64,000 bases of DNA from Iphione sp. A-MEVVRFRX5 (Eukaryota), in assembly GCA_976226885.1 (NCBI GenBank), contig OZ320315.1:14136001-14200000 (forward strand), given 5' to 3'. Numbering within the stretch: position 1 is the first letter of the stretch; every line of letters begins with the position of its first letter. Made by a program: the position numbers and the translations under genes. The notes beneath the pieces were generated by a model that saw only the letters and a program-made list of their open reading frames with translations, had not been told where the DNA came from and did not search any database. This document shows, piece after piece, positions 20,400-33,540 of this stretch.

Positions 20400-22414
20400 G
20401 CTAGCCTTGGTTGTTTGAGCCTTGAGTAGTAGTCCTCTCAGGAACTAGACTCCAGGCATATCATGCTGCGCCTTGCAGAACCTCACCAAGTGATCAACAG
20501 ATTTGGTGACATCTCTGGGGGTGACTGGGGGTGGGGTCGCATCCTCAGAGTCCTCCTCATTGTCACAGGCTGCAACATCAGGCTGAGACACCATGCTCAG
20601 AATTGTTCCATCAGAGAGTTCACCTGATGTCTGAGCTCTTGAATCGATCTGTGCATACTCTTTAGCTGTCATCAATGGGTGACAAGCCTCCTTTGGCATG
20701 GAATGTAAAAGTCTCCGCAGCTCTGACGGAGGGATGTCCTCCTCCTCAGAAAGGTCATCCTTACTGTCTGATGCTGGTAGTGTGCTGGGGAGGATCTGGA
20801 CGTGCTTCCAACACCTCTGGATTGTTGTGCTGGTGACAGATCCCCATGCCTCATGCAATATGAGGATGGCCTTCCTCAGATCTGTGGTGATCACTGCCTC
20901 ACTCTCAATACCGTCCAGGAAACGTCTCTCCTACCTCCTCCTCTACTGAGCCTTGCAAGAGGCGATTATCCCAGCATCCAGTGGTTGAATATGGGATGCA
21001 GTGTTTGGAGGAAGGAACTTGATGGTCAAATGGCTGTAAACCTCTGACTCATGTGTTGTCCAGCATTGTCGCAGGGCACAACATCCATCGACCCTGCAAC
21101 TTGGCCCACTCATTGAGCATGGTGCGGTAGTCACCCCAAACCGTTGCCATCATCCATGCCTTAGCATTGTGTCTGTAGTGTACATACATTCCAGCATCAA
21201 AACCTCTGGAGAAGCACCTGGGGCGAGCTTGATTAACAAAAACTTAATGGACAAATCTTGTTGGATCCTGTAGTGTTGCATGCCAGGACGACAGTGATAT
21301 GATCCTTAAAGCATTTTTCTCCCTTGACAGGTGCTGTAGTTAGATTTGAAACTGGCTTGAGTTAATAGAACAGAGTCTTCTCATTGACATAATAAATGTC
21401 CTCTGGATCATATTTAGCAAGATCCTCCTGTATTGAAGATTATCCGTCAGCTACCTCCAGGAGATCAGCTGATACAGACTCACCGTGCTGCCGAAACATT
21501 TTGATGGAGTTATGTATCTTGAAATGCCCAAGCCATCCAAGACTGTAGCTGCATTCCCCGAGCCGCAATTGTCCCCCGAGGAACCTGGCCTTTTCTATCA
21601 TCATTTCGTGACTGAGAATTGCTTCTCTACCACAGATGTCATGGAACCACAGCAATAATGCATGTTCCAGATGTGCTCGGGAGGGTCATAATTGACAGCA
21701 GATGTTGCCCTCCTCCTGCAATAATGACAGCCAGCGCTTAGACAATTTCAATATGTCAGAAACAGTCGATCTTGGTATGGAGAACCCCCATCTGGCAGAA
21801 TATTTTGTTGTTATTGACCCTGTGAACATCCAGGGTGAGACTCCTTATACAAGCACAGGTCTTTCTTCTGCCGGTTGGTGATGCATATGTGTCTAAATTT
21901 ACTAGATAGTTGAGACATCTTCCGGGTGTAGGGGTGATTGAATGAACATGGTACGATACGGCCATCTCTTATACCCATTCTGATGCCCAGGAGGGTGCAC
22001 TGGTCGAGACACAATTGCCTCAAACAGACATGCACTGGGTAGGACTGCCACAAGCCTTTGTCCATGAGTCCCTCCCCACCAAGTGCCATCCCATATTGTT
22101 TGAATGATAAAGAATTCGCGAGCAACTAACTCTACCTAGGGAGGTTTCAAGTGGACATACTCACACCTTGTGTCGGTTGATGCCTGCATGTCACTGATAA
22201 GTCGCACAAACGCACTCCAGGAAGTCTGCGACCAGTTAACTGTGTCTAATTTATGTATAGATGAAGTAAAAATGGTTTGAAATCGGCCCCAGTTGGCTGT
22301 TAATGAATTCTGGTTAAATAGTATAATTCATACAGAAAATTATTTGGTAAGTGGTTTCGGTCCAGCTGATGAGGAATTACATATAATGGGGCTTCAGTAG
22401 ACAAGGTTCGACTG
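20400..22414 (-). mobile_element. Tigger/pogo (Tc1-mariner superfamily) DNA transposon, decayed, one TIR visible
   Basis: TIR-like cagtcgaacc at 22414-22405 with subterminal repeats, followed by the transposase pseudogene. The second TIR was not found. Confidence 0.8.
20445..21918 (-). pseudogene. CENP-B/Tigger-type DDE transposase pseudogene
   Basis: psq-like HTH (ITNRQKKDLC..IPRSTVSDILK), CENP-B HTH (LWFHD..MMIEKAR..SLGWLGHFK..I..HGES), catalytic segments DPEDIYYVNEKTLFY, CDNAGQH, FLPPNTASHIQPLDAGII, AWGSVTSTTIQRCW. Several stops and frameshifts. Confidence 0.85.
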
Positions 22415-23216
22415 CACATCAAATTTCCTGATTTCAGTTAGCTGGAAACTTGTGATTGTCTGTACCTGTTAATGAATCAGAGTTTCATTGTGCAATACTT
22501 TTAATTCTTATTTATCGTAACCATGGCAACAAAGTAGGATTGAAAGTAAAGCATCATCAACATTTCCATAAACGTTCACACTTAGCAGGAAACATTCACA
22601 AATATTGTTTCTAGGGGAAAGCATTTCAGTAGAAAGGTGTTCAGCGGGCGCTTTGCAGTGTTGTGATTCCTCATTGATTCATGCACGTGAACTGGAGCGC
22701 ACTTTGTCATCATCTGGAAATATGCATGCTTCTTGCCAAAATAGTGCATCTGCATCTGTATCAGCATTTTTGATGAAAGTTTGAGTCATTATATCAATTG
22801 GAAAACACAAATTACTGTTGATTTATTACATATAATTACATTGAAATGCGTATAATTATGTCCTAAATGGGAACCTGTCTGACAGCAGATATTATACTCT
22901 TAGTTTTTCTCCTTCTGGTAAAGATTCAGGAAACTCTTAATTGAGTTATGGGGTATAAATAAATGTTAAGATGAGTAGACAGAGACACAATTAGAAGATA
23001 TTGGTGTTATGATAATTTAAAATTAATTTAGAATGTGTAAATTACATCTCACCTTACCTGTGTCATTAAATCTGAAATATATGAATGGGTTTCGTCTGAA
23101 CGGTCAGGAAGGGATTAAATGTACTTCACGGTATGGACTACCATTCTCTCTTCTCCGCATGTGCTTCTGCACTCTCATCCTGTAAAACCTAATCAAACTC
23201 CTTTTTACTTACAGAG

Positions 23217-24242
23217 ATGGCGCTTAATATTTCCTGTTCAAGGAGTGTTGTCATTACTACTACGGCTATCATAATCTACGTTATATCGATATGTATCTCC
23301 AGTGCTGCAGTGCAAGCTCTCGAGCGGACAGTCCCAGACTTTCAGACCACCCTGTATAGACTCACGGGCCTCGCGGTCTTCAGCCTCATTCTCATGAGAA
23401 AGGATCATATCCCAATGGATGTGCCAGAAGACAAAATTCCTTTTGTGCTTTTACTAGGCATGAGCCAATTCCTTTCAACTATGTTTTTCTACACTGGAGC
23501 AACCATTTTTCCACTTGGTGAGCTCAGCACTATGCACTTCATGTTTACTTTGATCTTTACGGCTTTGCTCTCCTTTTGCTTTAATAACGACAAACCAAGC
23601 AGCGTGATGTACATTTGTATACTTGGCTGTATTATTGGTATGTTGTTCCTGTTACAACCTTGGAAAACGTTTGGTGCAGGATTTGTGCCAGATTTTGTCA
23701 AAAAGCAAACCGTTGAATTTCTCCCGTCAAATTCCTCTCATATCGGGGATCCAGTTCAGAGTAATAGTTACTTTCTGATGCTTGGCTGCTTTCTTGTGAC
23801 CATGTCAGGATTCCAGCAAAGTATTTTCAATATTTGTGTAAGACTGGCACCGTTTCATCCGCATTTTAAAAGTTTTGTAATTGGCTTTATTGGAATTCCT
23901 CTCTCAATCATATGTTCCATCTACTTTGAACAGCCGGTCGTTACAACTAACCCGCTACAGATTTTTCTTCTTGTTGTTCATACTATAAGTGGATGTCTTG
24001 TAGTTATTACAATCACCATTGTCCTTAAATACATCGAACCTACTTCTTTTTCTGTGATAGCTACAATTTGTCCAGTGGCCCTAATCATATTACAACAAAC
24101 ACTAAAGGGCCCATTCCTAAAAGGAAGAGGTAATTTCCTTGAAGTCTTTGGCTGTGCAGTGATTGCTTTCTTTGTGGCCCTGAGCCCATTCTCACTCATA
24201 GCATCCAGGCATGAAGACCTGGTGAGCAATGAGAAGAATTAA
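23217..24242 (+). CDS. EamA/DMT-superfamily multi-pass transporter, SLC35G-like, 341 aa, single coding exon
   Basis: About 10 hydrophobic helices in two EamA-like halves; VQALERTVPDFQTTLYR, PLGELSTMHF..LIFTALLS, CILGCIIGMLFLLQP. No internal stops. Strong acceptor ctttttacttacAG| 2 nt before the ATG. Confidence 0.85.
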   Translation: MALNISCSRSVVITTTAIIIYVISICISSAAVQALERTVPDFQTTLYRLTGLAVFSLILMRKDHIPMDVPEDKIPFVLLLGMSQFLSTMFFYTGATIFPLGELSTMHFMFTLIFTALLSFCFNNDKPSSVMYICILGCIIGMLFLLQPWKTFGAGFVPDFVKKQTVEFLPSNSSHIGDPVQSNSYFLMLGCFLVTMSGFQQSIFNICVRLAPFHPHFKSFVIGFIGIPLSIICSIYFEQPVVTTNPLQIFLLVVHTISGCLVVITITIVLKYIEPTSFSVIATICPVALIILQQTLKGPFLKGRGNFLEVFGCAVIAFFVALSPFSLIASRHEDLVSNEKN

Positions 24243-25670
24243 CTGAATCCATGAAGCAGAGGTGGTGCTGCGCAGGAGTAGTGCAGCCTTGTGTTTCTTT
24301 TTTGGGTGAGTTTTTTCCCACTAATCAGTTTTATTACCAAAGTTCTGCATATTTTCAAATGCAAGTCCAAGTCTTTAAGTTGAGTGCTGACGCCACAATA
24401 ACTTAAGTGTTACCCATCTTCATATCAACTGGGGAGGATAGAAAATGTACAGGTGCTCATATACCCAACCTCCTCAGTGCTTGTTGACTAAAGCCACTTT
24501 TCCTGGATTCCTGGTTTAGTCATGGATAGTTTAAGCATTTGGCAACTAATGAAGAATTCATCAACTGTGCAAAACAATTCACAAATTCCTCAGACCTGGA
24601 CTTGGCATCAAATACGTGTGTATATACAAGTATCCATCAATGTCTGCATCATACCTACTGTAAATCTACATGCAACATGTCAGGGAATAAATTCGCAGCC
24701 TTCTTTCTGTATGTCATAAACATGGCTGATGTACCCCTCATAGCTGGGGTGCCTGCGGACGTGGACAGCGCCTCATTAAGCCAGCATCATGGTATGTCAA
24801 TGACACATCCATGCAGCCATTCATCACGTGCAGGGAGAGTACTGGTCAGGCACCATATGTGTGTGCATTATATTGTCTTCATCATTGATATGTGGATTCA
24901 TGTGGATAGTAATGTTAGGATACTGTATACTATTGCTCCTTTTTCGAGTGTGTGGAAAATCTGTTGGTGAAGCCGTCTCATTAGCATTCTCCGGTGAACT
25001 TAAATAACTTGTAAAGAATACAATGCTACTCCAAATATCTGTATGTCATAAACATTCAAACGGTGCAATAGTTTTACTAATGGATTAATCTAATGACACA
25101 TTGAAATGCTTGATTATAGGAATGTGCACGGCGTTAGGGAAAAAAATGGTTACCATTGACACTCCCTGTAGCTCTGTTTATTTGAGTTACCTCAATATCC
25201 GAGTGAATTTAAGATGTATCCATTGGTTCTCTCTTGAGGTACGTAAGTTAACAGGTGCTAATGTGACAACAAGCCTGACTCCCTCTAAATTGATAGAACT
25301 GACAAGAAGGCAATTCAAGGCCTCTGACCCAATGACATCCATGAAGGCAATAAGTGATGTTTAATGTGAGTCACCGAGTACATCTCAACAATCGTCGATA
25401 TATGAAAAGATCTCTTACCCCAGGGATGCTGTAAGGTTGTAGTTATAATACTTCCTCATACTAAAGATTACCTCATGCAACAGATGCCTAAGATACACTG
25501 TACAGGTTGTAGGAGCTTTTCTACTGTGGCGCCTATAGCTCAGAGAACTTTATAGCCAAGGATATTCATCTCAGATATAGTGGTCTCATTTATGATGAAA
25601 CCATCCAATTGACTCTCTGCTGTCCGTTTAAATATAGTGTTGCAAATGTTTGTACCATCTCACTGTATTG

Positions 25671-25846
25671 TACAGTGTCTAGCTAATAAGACCATCATTG
25701 GTTCTTACCTTAAGTGGTCTGAATAGTGAGTGGTCTTATTAGGGAGAGACATTTATATACATTTATATAATTCTGTTCCCTAAAAGTGGTCTTATTAGGG
25801 AGGCGGTCAGATTAGAGAGGTGGTCGTAATCCGAGGGGACACTGTA
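25671..25846. mobile_element. Short TA-flanked MITE (Tc1/pogo-type)
   Basis: TA-CAGTGTC...GACACTG-TA termini; internal inverted motifs ctaataagacca / tggtcttattag repeated. Confidence 0.6.
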
Positions 25847-28098
25847 TGTATTAATGCATTGTCTTGCAAAGTATGATAATATCTTTTATTTTTGAGTTAT
25901 GTGCATATTTATGGTCATAAATTTATTCACCTGTATTATGTTATTACACTTATCACAACTTCATTGCATTATGTGTAAGTCATGATGTCTCCTATTTTTC
26001 TTGGTAGTGATGTGATCAATGGTAACAGAGATTGCTGATTTTATATTTGTCCTTTATAGATAATTTTACCAAACAACATTGATTTCTGCACACATGCATA
26101 ATTTTTTCCCTTTTTCTGTCCATACATAATCATACACATCGTAAGCAACTAACGGCAAAGCGTAAAATTTTGGTAGTTGGTCTTGCCCATTTTCGCACCT
26201 CCAATACATGTGTGTAAATAGCATGAGATTTCTGCTAATTTATGGAAAATCTGACTTTGCTACAGATTATATATTTACCTAGCCGCATCTATCTATCCCT
26301 ACCGTGTTATGTATACACACATGTACTAATTAAACCTATTTCAATCTGAATAAATATCATCATTCTCTATCATTTTGAGTAATTGTAAAGGAGTTGGTGC
26401 TATACAGCTGGAGGAGGTAGTACATGTGTACTCACAGGAGAGGTCATTGCGTGCATGCCAGTGGCACCACTGGCACCACCTGCACCTTTCCACCGTGTAT
26501 CAATTTGAGAGATGCTGATTGGCTAAGACTGTTGTATGTTTGATACCATGCATCTAATAAATTTTATTCTGGAGTTAAGTGTGTTACAATGTGGCAAATA
26601 TATGGAATACTAGATTCTGATTAGACACACCTGTTTCCAGTCATGTGACCACTATTCTGATTTATATATAGGTCCTTTGTCGCCAATAAAACAGACTTGA
26701 ATCCCGGAGTGATTGCGCTTTATTGAACTCACTTAAAACTAGACAATTATGAGAAGATAGTTGTCTGATTATAGATAGATATATTAGCACAGTTTGATGA
26801 AAAAGGTAAGGCATGTACATATAAAGGTGTGTGGAACAATCTGAAATGTAACAAATTCAAAGAGTATCGTGTAGCACAGTTAACACATAACCATAGGAAG
26901 TGTACAGTCACATGATATAGAGATCAAGTGTGGCCATTAAACTTAAAATCATTGAAATCTACAGGTATAGTAGAAAATATTTACAAAACGAGATAGCATT
27001 CGTTACAAATGGGGAAAAGTAATGATTAAGAAACATAACAAATTGGCACCTGGCCACACATTACTTAGAATCCGTCTAGAGAATATACGTCATGTAATTG
27101 CGTTTACTTTGATCCATAATGCAGGTGAGGTCGCCACACCATATCAAAAACAATGTCAAGTGTAACCTAATCAGTCCTAATTAACTTAAAAAGACAACAA
27201 GACCAACAATGTCCATAACAGGCTAAGATGATGTGTGCTTGCTTTCCCTCTACACACAAGAAGATGCAGGATGATGCATATTAATGGTGAAAAATGATCA
27301 TTTGGCCTTCACGGCTACTCAAGAAGGCTTCTATTTATGGTGGAATGCACTTATGTTACTACGGTTTTAGTTATCTCTTTGGGATGCAACAGATAAAAAA
27401 TCGTCGGGTTCGTAGAAATTATCAATAACGAAATCATTAATTAATAAAACTGCCATGGGCAACCTCAAGTGCTACCAAATGTCCATTGGAAAAGCCAAAT
27501 TCTTACAAAAAAATATGTCCCTTGATCATCCAGAAAATATTACCAGCAGTAGAAATAGCAGCAGTTAAACTGTGAACAGAGTAAAAAGGCATCTGTAGAC
27601 AAATTAATTGCCGTAACATTGGTAGTAGTAGACAGGGTAGTAGTTGAAAAATAAGCGGCAGTGCTAACAGTTAGCTGTAGAAACAGCATTCGGTAAAGGT
27701 ATCTCAATATCAAAATCAATAGAAGTGCTTGTAGTTACATCATCACAGAATTGGTAGTAAGGGTAAATATAATAGTGGCAATATCATCTACAGAGCCGTG
27801 ATAGTAACTGCAGTTGCCCAGCAGAACATTATCAAGCTGTAAACCAGCACAGTTAGTATTGCTAAGTAATACAGAGTTTAGAATCGATACAAATACTAGT
27901 AAGTGGTGCAGGTTGTGATAGCGGCAGTTGTACCGTGGAAACTCACTAGGTTTTAGGGCAACACTTATTCTAACGGTAGTTAAAGAGATGATAAATAATG
28001 TACGGTTGGTAGTTTGAATAGTTTGGTAGTAGAGATAATGAAGCCATGCCATCACGCTGGTAATAGTAGCTGTAAGGACAGCAACAGCTGCGCCGAGG

Positions 28099-28265
28099 NN
28101 NNNNNNNNNNNNNNNNNNNNNNNNNNNNNNNNNNNNNNNNNNNNNNNNNNNNNNNNNNNNNNNNNNNNNNNNNNNNNNNNNNNNNNNNNNNNNNNNNNNN
28201 NNNNNNNNNNNNNNNNNNNNNNNNNNNNNNNNNNNNNNNNNNNNNNNNNNNNNNNNNNNNNNNNN
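28099..28265. other. Assembly gap (167 N)
   Basis: Direct reading; ORFs crossing it are artefacts. Confidence 1.
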
Positions 28266-28341
28266 AGTAGTTCTGGCAGAGGCAGTGGGGACAACCCCAG
28301 CTCAGTTGTCTTCGTGCCACCGGGATGGACAGACTCCCCGG

Positions 28342-28370
28342 TCGCCGCCGCCGCCGCCGCCGCCGCCGCC
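28342..28370. repeat. (GCC)n tract in a GC/CpG-rich island
   Basis: tcgccgccgccgccgccgccgccgccgccc; (GGA)n also at 28589-28604. Confidence 0.9.
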
Positions 28371-29394
28371 CCGCATGCTGCACGCACAGAGCAGGCCCCG
28401 GAGTACACGTGGAGTGAGCGATGGTCGGTGGGGGCAGGAGAAGCCAGTGGATGGTTGTCACAGCGGCTCCCCGGATAACTCACTCATCCTGAGGTGGTTG
28501 TCACTGCCCGCACCCTGTGATGTCCGCCCGGCGCGCGAGGGGAGGAGAGCAGGCGGAGGAAGAGGCAGGAACAACGGAGACAGATATCGGAGGAGGAGGA
28601 GGAGGGGGGGCTACTCACTTTGGTAGTCACTTTAAGCCGGTCCTGGACGTATATCAGGAGTCACGGCTCCTTCAGATACTTTATTTTCTCTCTTTTCATC
28701 TCCGCTTTCTCTGATTGTTTCCTCCATATCCTTCGGCCTTTCTTGTACTAGATTCCTTACACAGACACTCCCTTTCTATAAGACTATACAGTAGCGGCTC
28801 TTCTCTTTGTTTCCTCCTGGTGTTTCTCTGTAGACTACAAAACATACCTGTTGCGTGTTGTCTTCTGTCGCATCACTCAATGCCGTCCTTATAGCTGTTT
28901 CTTTATGGTTCAACTCTGACTATTCCCATCATTTCTTTACGTCGTTCTGTCATTCTTCCTCCCGTTTCTATCCCATCCCTCTGTCCCTCATCTGGCGGTT
29001 CAATGTCGCATGCGAGAGAGGGCAGGACGTTTATTGCGACCAAAGCCGGGCCCCATCACATCCGACACCACGCGTCCTCACAGAGCCAAACGCACCAGTG
29101 CCGACCCCTAGTGGGGGAGCGGAGAGGCGCCGTCCCCTCCCACCAACCCTGACAGGCACACGCGGACGAGTAACTCAACCCTGACAGGACTAATTGAGCG
29201 AGTCGCTGCAGCAATTGCTCAGGCGATGGTGATTCTGTGATGATGAGTGGGAGAGTGGCGAGCCAAGGCTTCGTCCGCTGCACCCCCCTCCTTCTGCTGT
29301 TGTTCAGGAGACAGAGGTCAAACTCTCGGGCAAGTCAGACAACCATCAACATGTGAAGTGCTCCACTGCGGTTGGTTTAGTACTATAGGAGAGG

Positions 29395-29680
29395 TGCTCA
29401 TACAAGGTCATGGTACTGACGGAAAAGTGCCTTTTCAAGGTCATTGCCCTAAAGGGGAGGTACTCAATCAAAGGTACTGGCCCAAGGCTCAAACAATGTC
29501 ACTGTACAAAAAGGAATACGTGATACATAGTCCTTGCACTAAAGGAAAGGTCTCTCATACAAGGTCAGGCTATTATGGGAGAGGCGCTTAGACAAGGTCA
29601 TTGTCGAAAGCAGAAAGACCAATGCAAGGTCATTGCACTAAAGGAAAGGCAATCATACAAGGTTACCGTACCAAGACATG
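29395..29680 (+). repeat. Degenerate ~33-bp minisatellite, ~9 units
   Basis: caaggtca-like anchors at 29403, 29436, ~29469, 29494, 29526, 29560, 29593, 29625 and 29658. Confidence 0.75.
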
Positions 29681-31084
29681 GAAGTAATGGAGACGTGTTC
29701 ATCCAAACACCCGGCCTCTTCTCTTTACAGGATCGGTGCGTGGTATATACGCAGGCCAGATGCCATGGAAACAAGGCAGCACATCATATGTCAGCCTTAC
29801 ACACGTACAACCTTAAATGAATGCCCACGTATACTTCGCTGGTGAAGTAAATCGAAGTTAAACAATTGGAAAGGAGACCTGAAACTGTTCCCTACAAGAA
29901 ATACTTGAATCCCAATGCACATGGAAAAACACTTAGTCACGACAAACATTCTCGATGGTCCTTGATGGCTGAGCATTTAACGTTGCATCAAAAGAAAGCC
30001 TAAGATAACCCATCCCGAAAGAAAGGGTTAAGCCCCGTTTGAGGGATTGTGTACTGAGTTAAGTACAGTTTGTAACACGGGGAGGATTTGAGAGCTCACA
30101 GCATGCCGAGGAGGAAGGACAAGAAAGGTAGGACATGCATTTCTATGTTTATTTCTCTATATAGATGTGAACACTCCTGCTCTAGTGACGGGGCACTGTC
30201 CGCACTGTCCTTGGAGTTGCTTGGAACGTATCGTATAAGCCCAGCTTAGGCTTATTCAACGTGATCAACTGTGGGAGGGAAGATCAGCTTTATGCCATGC
30301 AGCATATTCACTCCATGACTGCTATTTAATACCTTCACCATTGTGTATCCGGTTAAATACCTCATGGCCTTGGTAGTCCGAACCCTCAGCATTAGGGATA
30401 CAGGGGTTCTGATAGAATTCTGATTAGGATTAAACTATAAGGGTAAGGGAGAGTCAGAGGGAGGCATTGTTCACAATGTGCCTTCACGGTTCGATCATGA
30501 TGGGGACTGCAGTGAAAGGTCAGAGGACTCATCACAGCTCATCAAATTCCTGATTTCCATTAAATATCTTCAGGCAATTTGATTTCACAAAAAAGGACCA
30601 ATTGTAGATGTGTGTCCATTGAGTGTTAGGTACATGATAAAGCCATCCTAAAATCGGCAACAAGCCCTCATGAAGGTATTTCAAAAGCAGAATCGTCAAT
30701 AAATTTAAATGGGGAAATGCATTTAACTGTTTCGTCTTTTTTTAGGATGGTACATTAACCACTGAAGCTCTAGAAGACGACTGTATCCTCCCTCCCCCTT
30801 ACCTTTCCTGTAAAATCTATCTGACTTTTCACTGGCCGCCATAATAAGATGCTCAAATCTATTCCCTAATGGTGAAATGTTACTAATCGATGAAATGGAG
30901 AAATATGAACATCGACTGGCAAATGTTCCTGTCGGAGATCCCTGTCAGATACAGTAACACACAAACACACTGAAAAAATGTCCCTGACTATCTTCCCAAC
31001 GTAAAGCCATCACAGAAGGCTGCCCGTATAACCGAATTGTCCCCAGTAAACTGGTGCGCGCCCCATCTGGCCTGACGTCGAGTC

Positions 31085-31320
31085 CTATTGTTGTGTTTTC
31101 TGTCTCACGACCTATAATATATAGTAACCACGTAATTGCATTCTCCATACGGGGCCTCCCCTCCACCCCTTGCCATAGACCACCTCAAAAGACTGTCTTG
31201 CCGGTGGTTTTTGTCTCTAGACCTTATAATATACAGTAACCGCATTATTACATTCTCCATGTCCTTTCTCTGGGCTCCCCGAGGGGCCTTCCCTCCACCC
31301 CCTGCCGTAGACCACCCCGT
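31085..31320. repeat. Imperfect tandem duplication (~120-135 bp)
   Basis: tttgtctc..gacctataatata.agtaacc..cattctccat..gggcc..ccctccacccc.tgcc.tagaccacc occurs twice. Confidence 0.7.
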
Positions 31321-32535
31321 AGGTCTGTCATGCTGGCTGTTTGCTGACTGAAGTGCCGTTTTACATCCAGAGCACATATCTGCGTGTGTGTGAAACATCC
31401 CAGGGGTGGAGCCTGTTGCATGTCTGAGGCCGCCCGAGTATAGTCCGAACAGCATTAACTGAACCGTACTGACGACGGTACAACTCCACTCCGTATCTAC
31501 AACCCATTGTCTTTCTCATAGACATATTATGTATTTATATGCGAAATAAGGTGGCTTATTGGGATATCGGGATGGGTTGAAGATGTGGAGGTTTTCACTA
31601 CGTCTGTGAATACATACTTTCCTTCCTCCTCACCTTTTTTTATACTTGCCTCCTTCTTGCTCAACGCTCTCCATCCACACATAACAAACCTGCTTATCCT
31701 CCCAGGGTCATTTTACTTCTCTCTCTCGATGTCTCTTTCCCTCTCTCATTGCACATATGTACAACAGCTACAGCTCTCCTCCCTCCTTTTCTACTGTTTC
31801 TCCTTTGCCACTCTTTAATTCCATGCATGTCCAACCGTGAACACGACCTCTCTACTTTAATTTGTTTCTGTATCACTCTTACATTTAGGGTACAGTTTCC
31901 CGACAGTCTGCCTCCTTGTTTTCTTTTTATTGAATATAAAGTCCTTCGATACATGTACAACTTGTCCATAATTCCTTACCATCTTCCTCCTTTTTCGCTA
32001 TGTATTTTTTTCATTCCGTATATAAACTACCTTCCGTCCATGTACAGTCCTAGGTGCGCTTCCACCCTCCCCCCACATTCTTGTCCATTTATGTTATTCT
32101 AACATTATATTCTTCAAGGACAGAGCGTGGGAGAAATCAAGAGACAGGCAATACCTCCGTTAGCGAAGAAGTTTTATCAGAGGCACGCCTTTGCAGTCTC
32201 AATTTCGTTGTTATTTATATTGAATGTTCTTGATAAATGATTTCCCTTGTAAAAGTTATATTCCCTTTCCCTTTGCATTGGTTACCTGTATTTATGTAGC
32301 AAGACAAGTCTCAACTAATTCTCAGTGTACCATACAGTCGCACCACGGACTGTTCGGTCGACATACACTCATACAGATTCTAGCGTGGCTGCGGCGTAAG
32401 GAGAGGTGTACGCGCAATCGGCGGCGGGTAAGTGAGGTGCGTGGATAGTGTGCAGCGGATGTATGGCAAGGAAGCCCATTCGCAACGACCCGTGCTCCGA
32501 TATCGATTGACCACTCGGGGGTCATAATCCCTTAC

Positions 32536-32607
32536 CTGTGTCTGCTGCTGAGGTGGGACAGAGAGTATTTACCAAACAAGCCACCTGATGATGATGAGCA
32601 GTTTTCT
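32536..32607 (-). other. Candidate isolated 72-nt exon
   Basis: Long polypyrimidine tract + cctttcAG| acceptor and cag|GTAAGG donor; frame-preserving length with two open frames. No partner exons identified. Confidence 0.35.
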
Positions 32608-33054
32608 CTGAAAGGGAGACGTAGAAGACTGCGAAAGACGGACGGACAGAGACGAACAAACAGAGACAATCAAACACAGACAGACAGATAGATAAACAAA
32701 GAAAGAGGAGCTTCCATTCTCATGTTTAGCCCTCACCGAGCGTACTTCACTGACATTTCAACCCCTGAATCATGAAGGTGCACCTCCAGGGCTGCAGATC
32801 CGATTCTGTTCTATCCTCCCATGCACCTGAGTATCTCTCAGATTACGGTAGAGAGGAGGTTCCCTATGCACTGTTAGAATCGCCCCCACCCCCACGATGG
32901 AGATAGGGATGAGATAAAAAACTTACTGAAAGTTCTCCTTTCTACACATATGATTGGCGCACATGAATGGTCAATATAGGTATCATAGTAGTAATTTAAT
33001 TGTAAGTAAGGAACTTAAGTTGTCCACTAATGACATTGTTTATCTGAAGGAAAG

Positions 33055-33540
33055 GGAAGCACAATGATGAAGAGAAATATATAGGAGAGGGGGAAGAGAG
33101 AGTGGCAGAGAGAGCTAGTGGAGGAAAAGGAAGCAAGAGGGAAGTGGTCAGAGAAATAGATGAAGGGATGGCAGCGAGAGATCAGGGAAGCACGTAGGGA
33201 GTGGTGAGAACAGAGTGGGAGAGAAGAAAGGACATTGTGGAGGGGAGATTGAAGATAAAGTAAGAAAGGGCAGAAGAGAAATGGAGGAGGAGAGAAAAAA
33301 AGGTAAGGGAGGAGGAAAATGGAGTGCGAGCTTTGAGATGAGGGACGAAGAAGATAGAAACGGAGAGGAGAAGAGGGGGAAGAAAAGAACAGACGGACAG
33401 GAATCTTACATGAGAAACAGGGAATAGGGGACGGGAGAGATAAAGTCAAGGGGGGGGGAGGATAGGGAGAGGGAACAAAGAGAAGGGGAAACAGACAGGA
33501 CACTAGGGAGAGGAGGAAGGACAGGACTAGAGTGAGCGCT
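33055..33540. repeat. Purine-rich (GA) low-complexity tract
   Basis: Direct reading; similar tracts at 40930-41900, 48620-49000 and 57280-57790. Confidence 0.8.

Noticed and set aside
24539-24970. 143-aa ORF downstream of the transporter
   Set aside because: TTG start, no recognisable domain, and composition like decayed repeat or UTR.
28300-30400. DIRS/Ngaro tyrosine-recombinase element (RAHS.RGG-like at ~30090)
   Set aside because: Requires a frameshift for one short motif; no RT or RNase H seen.
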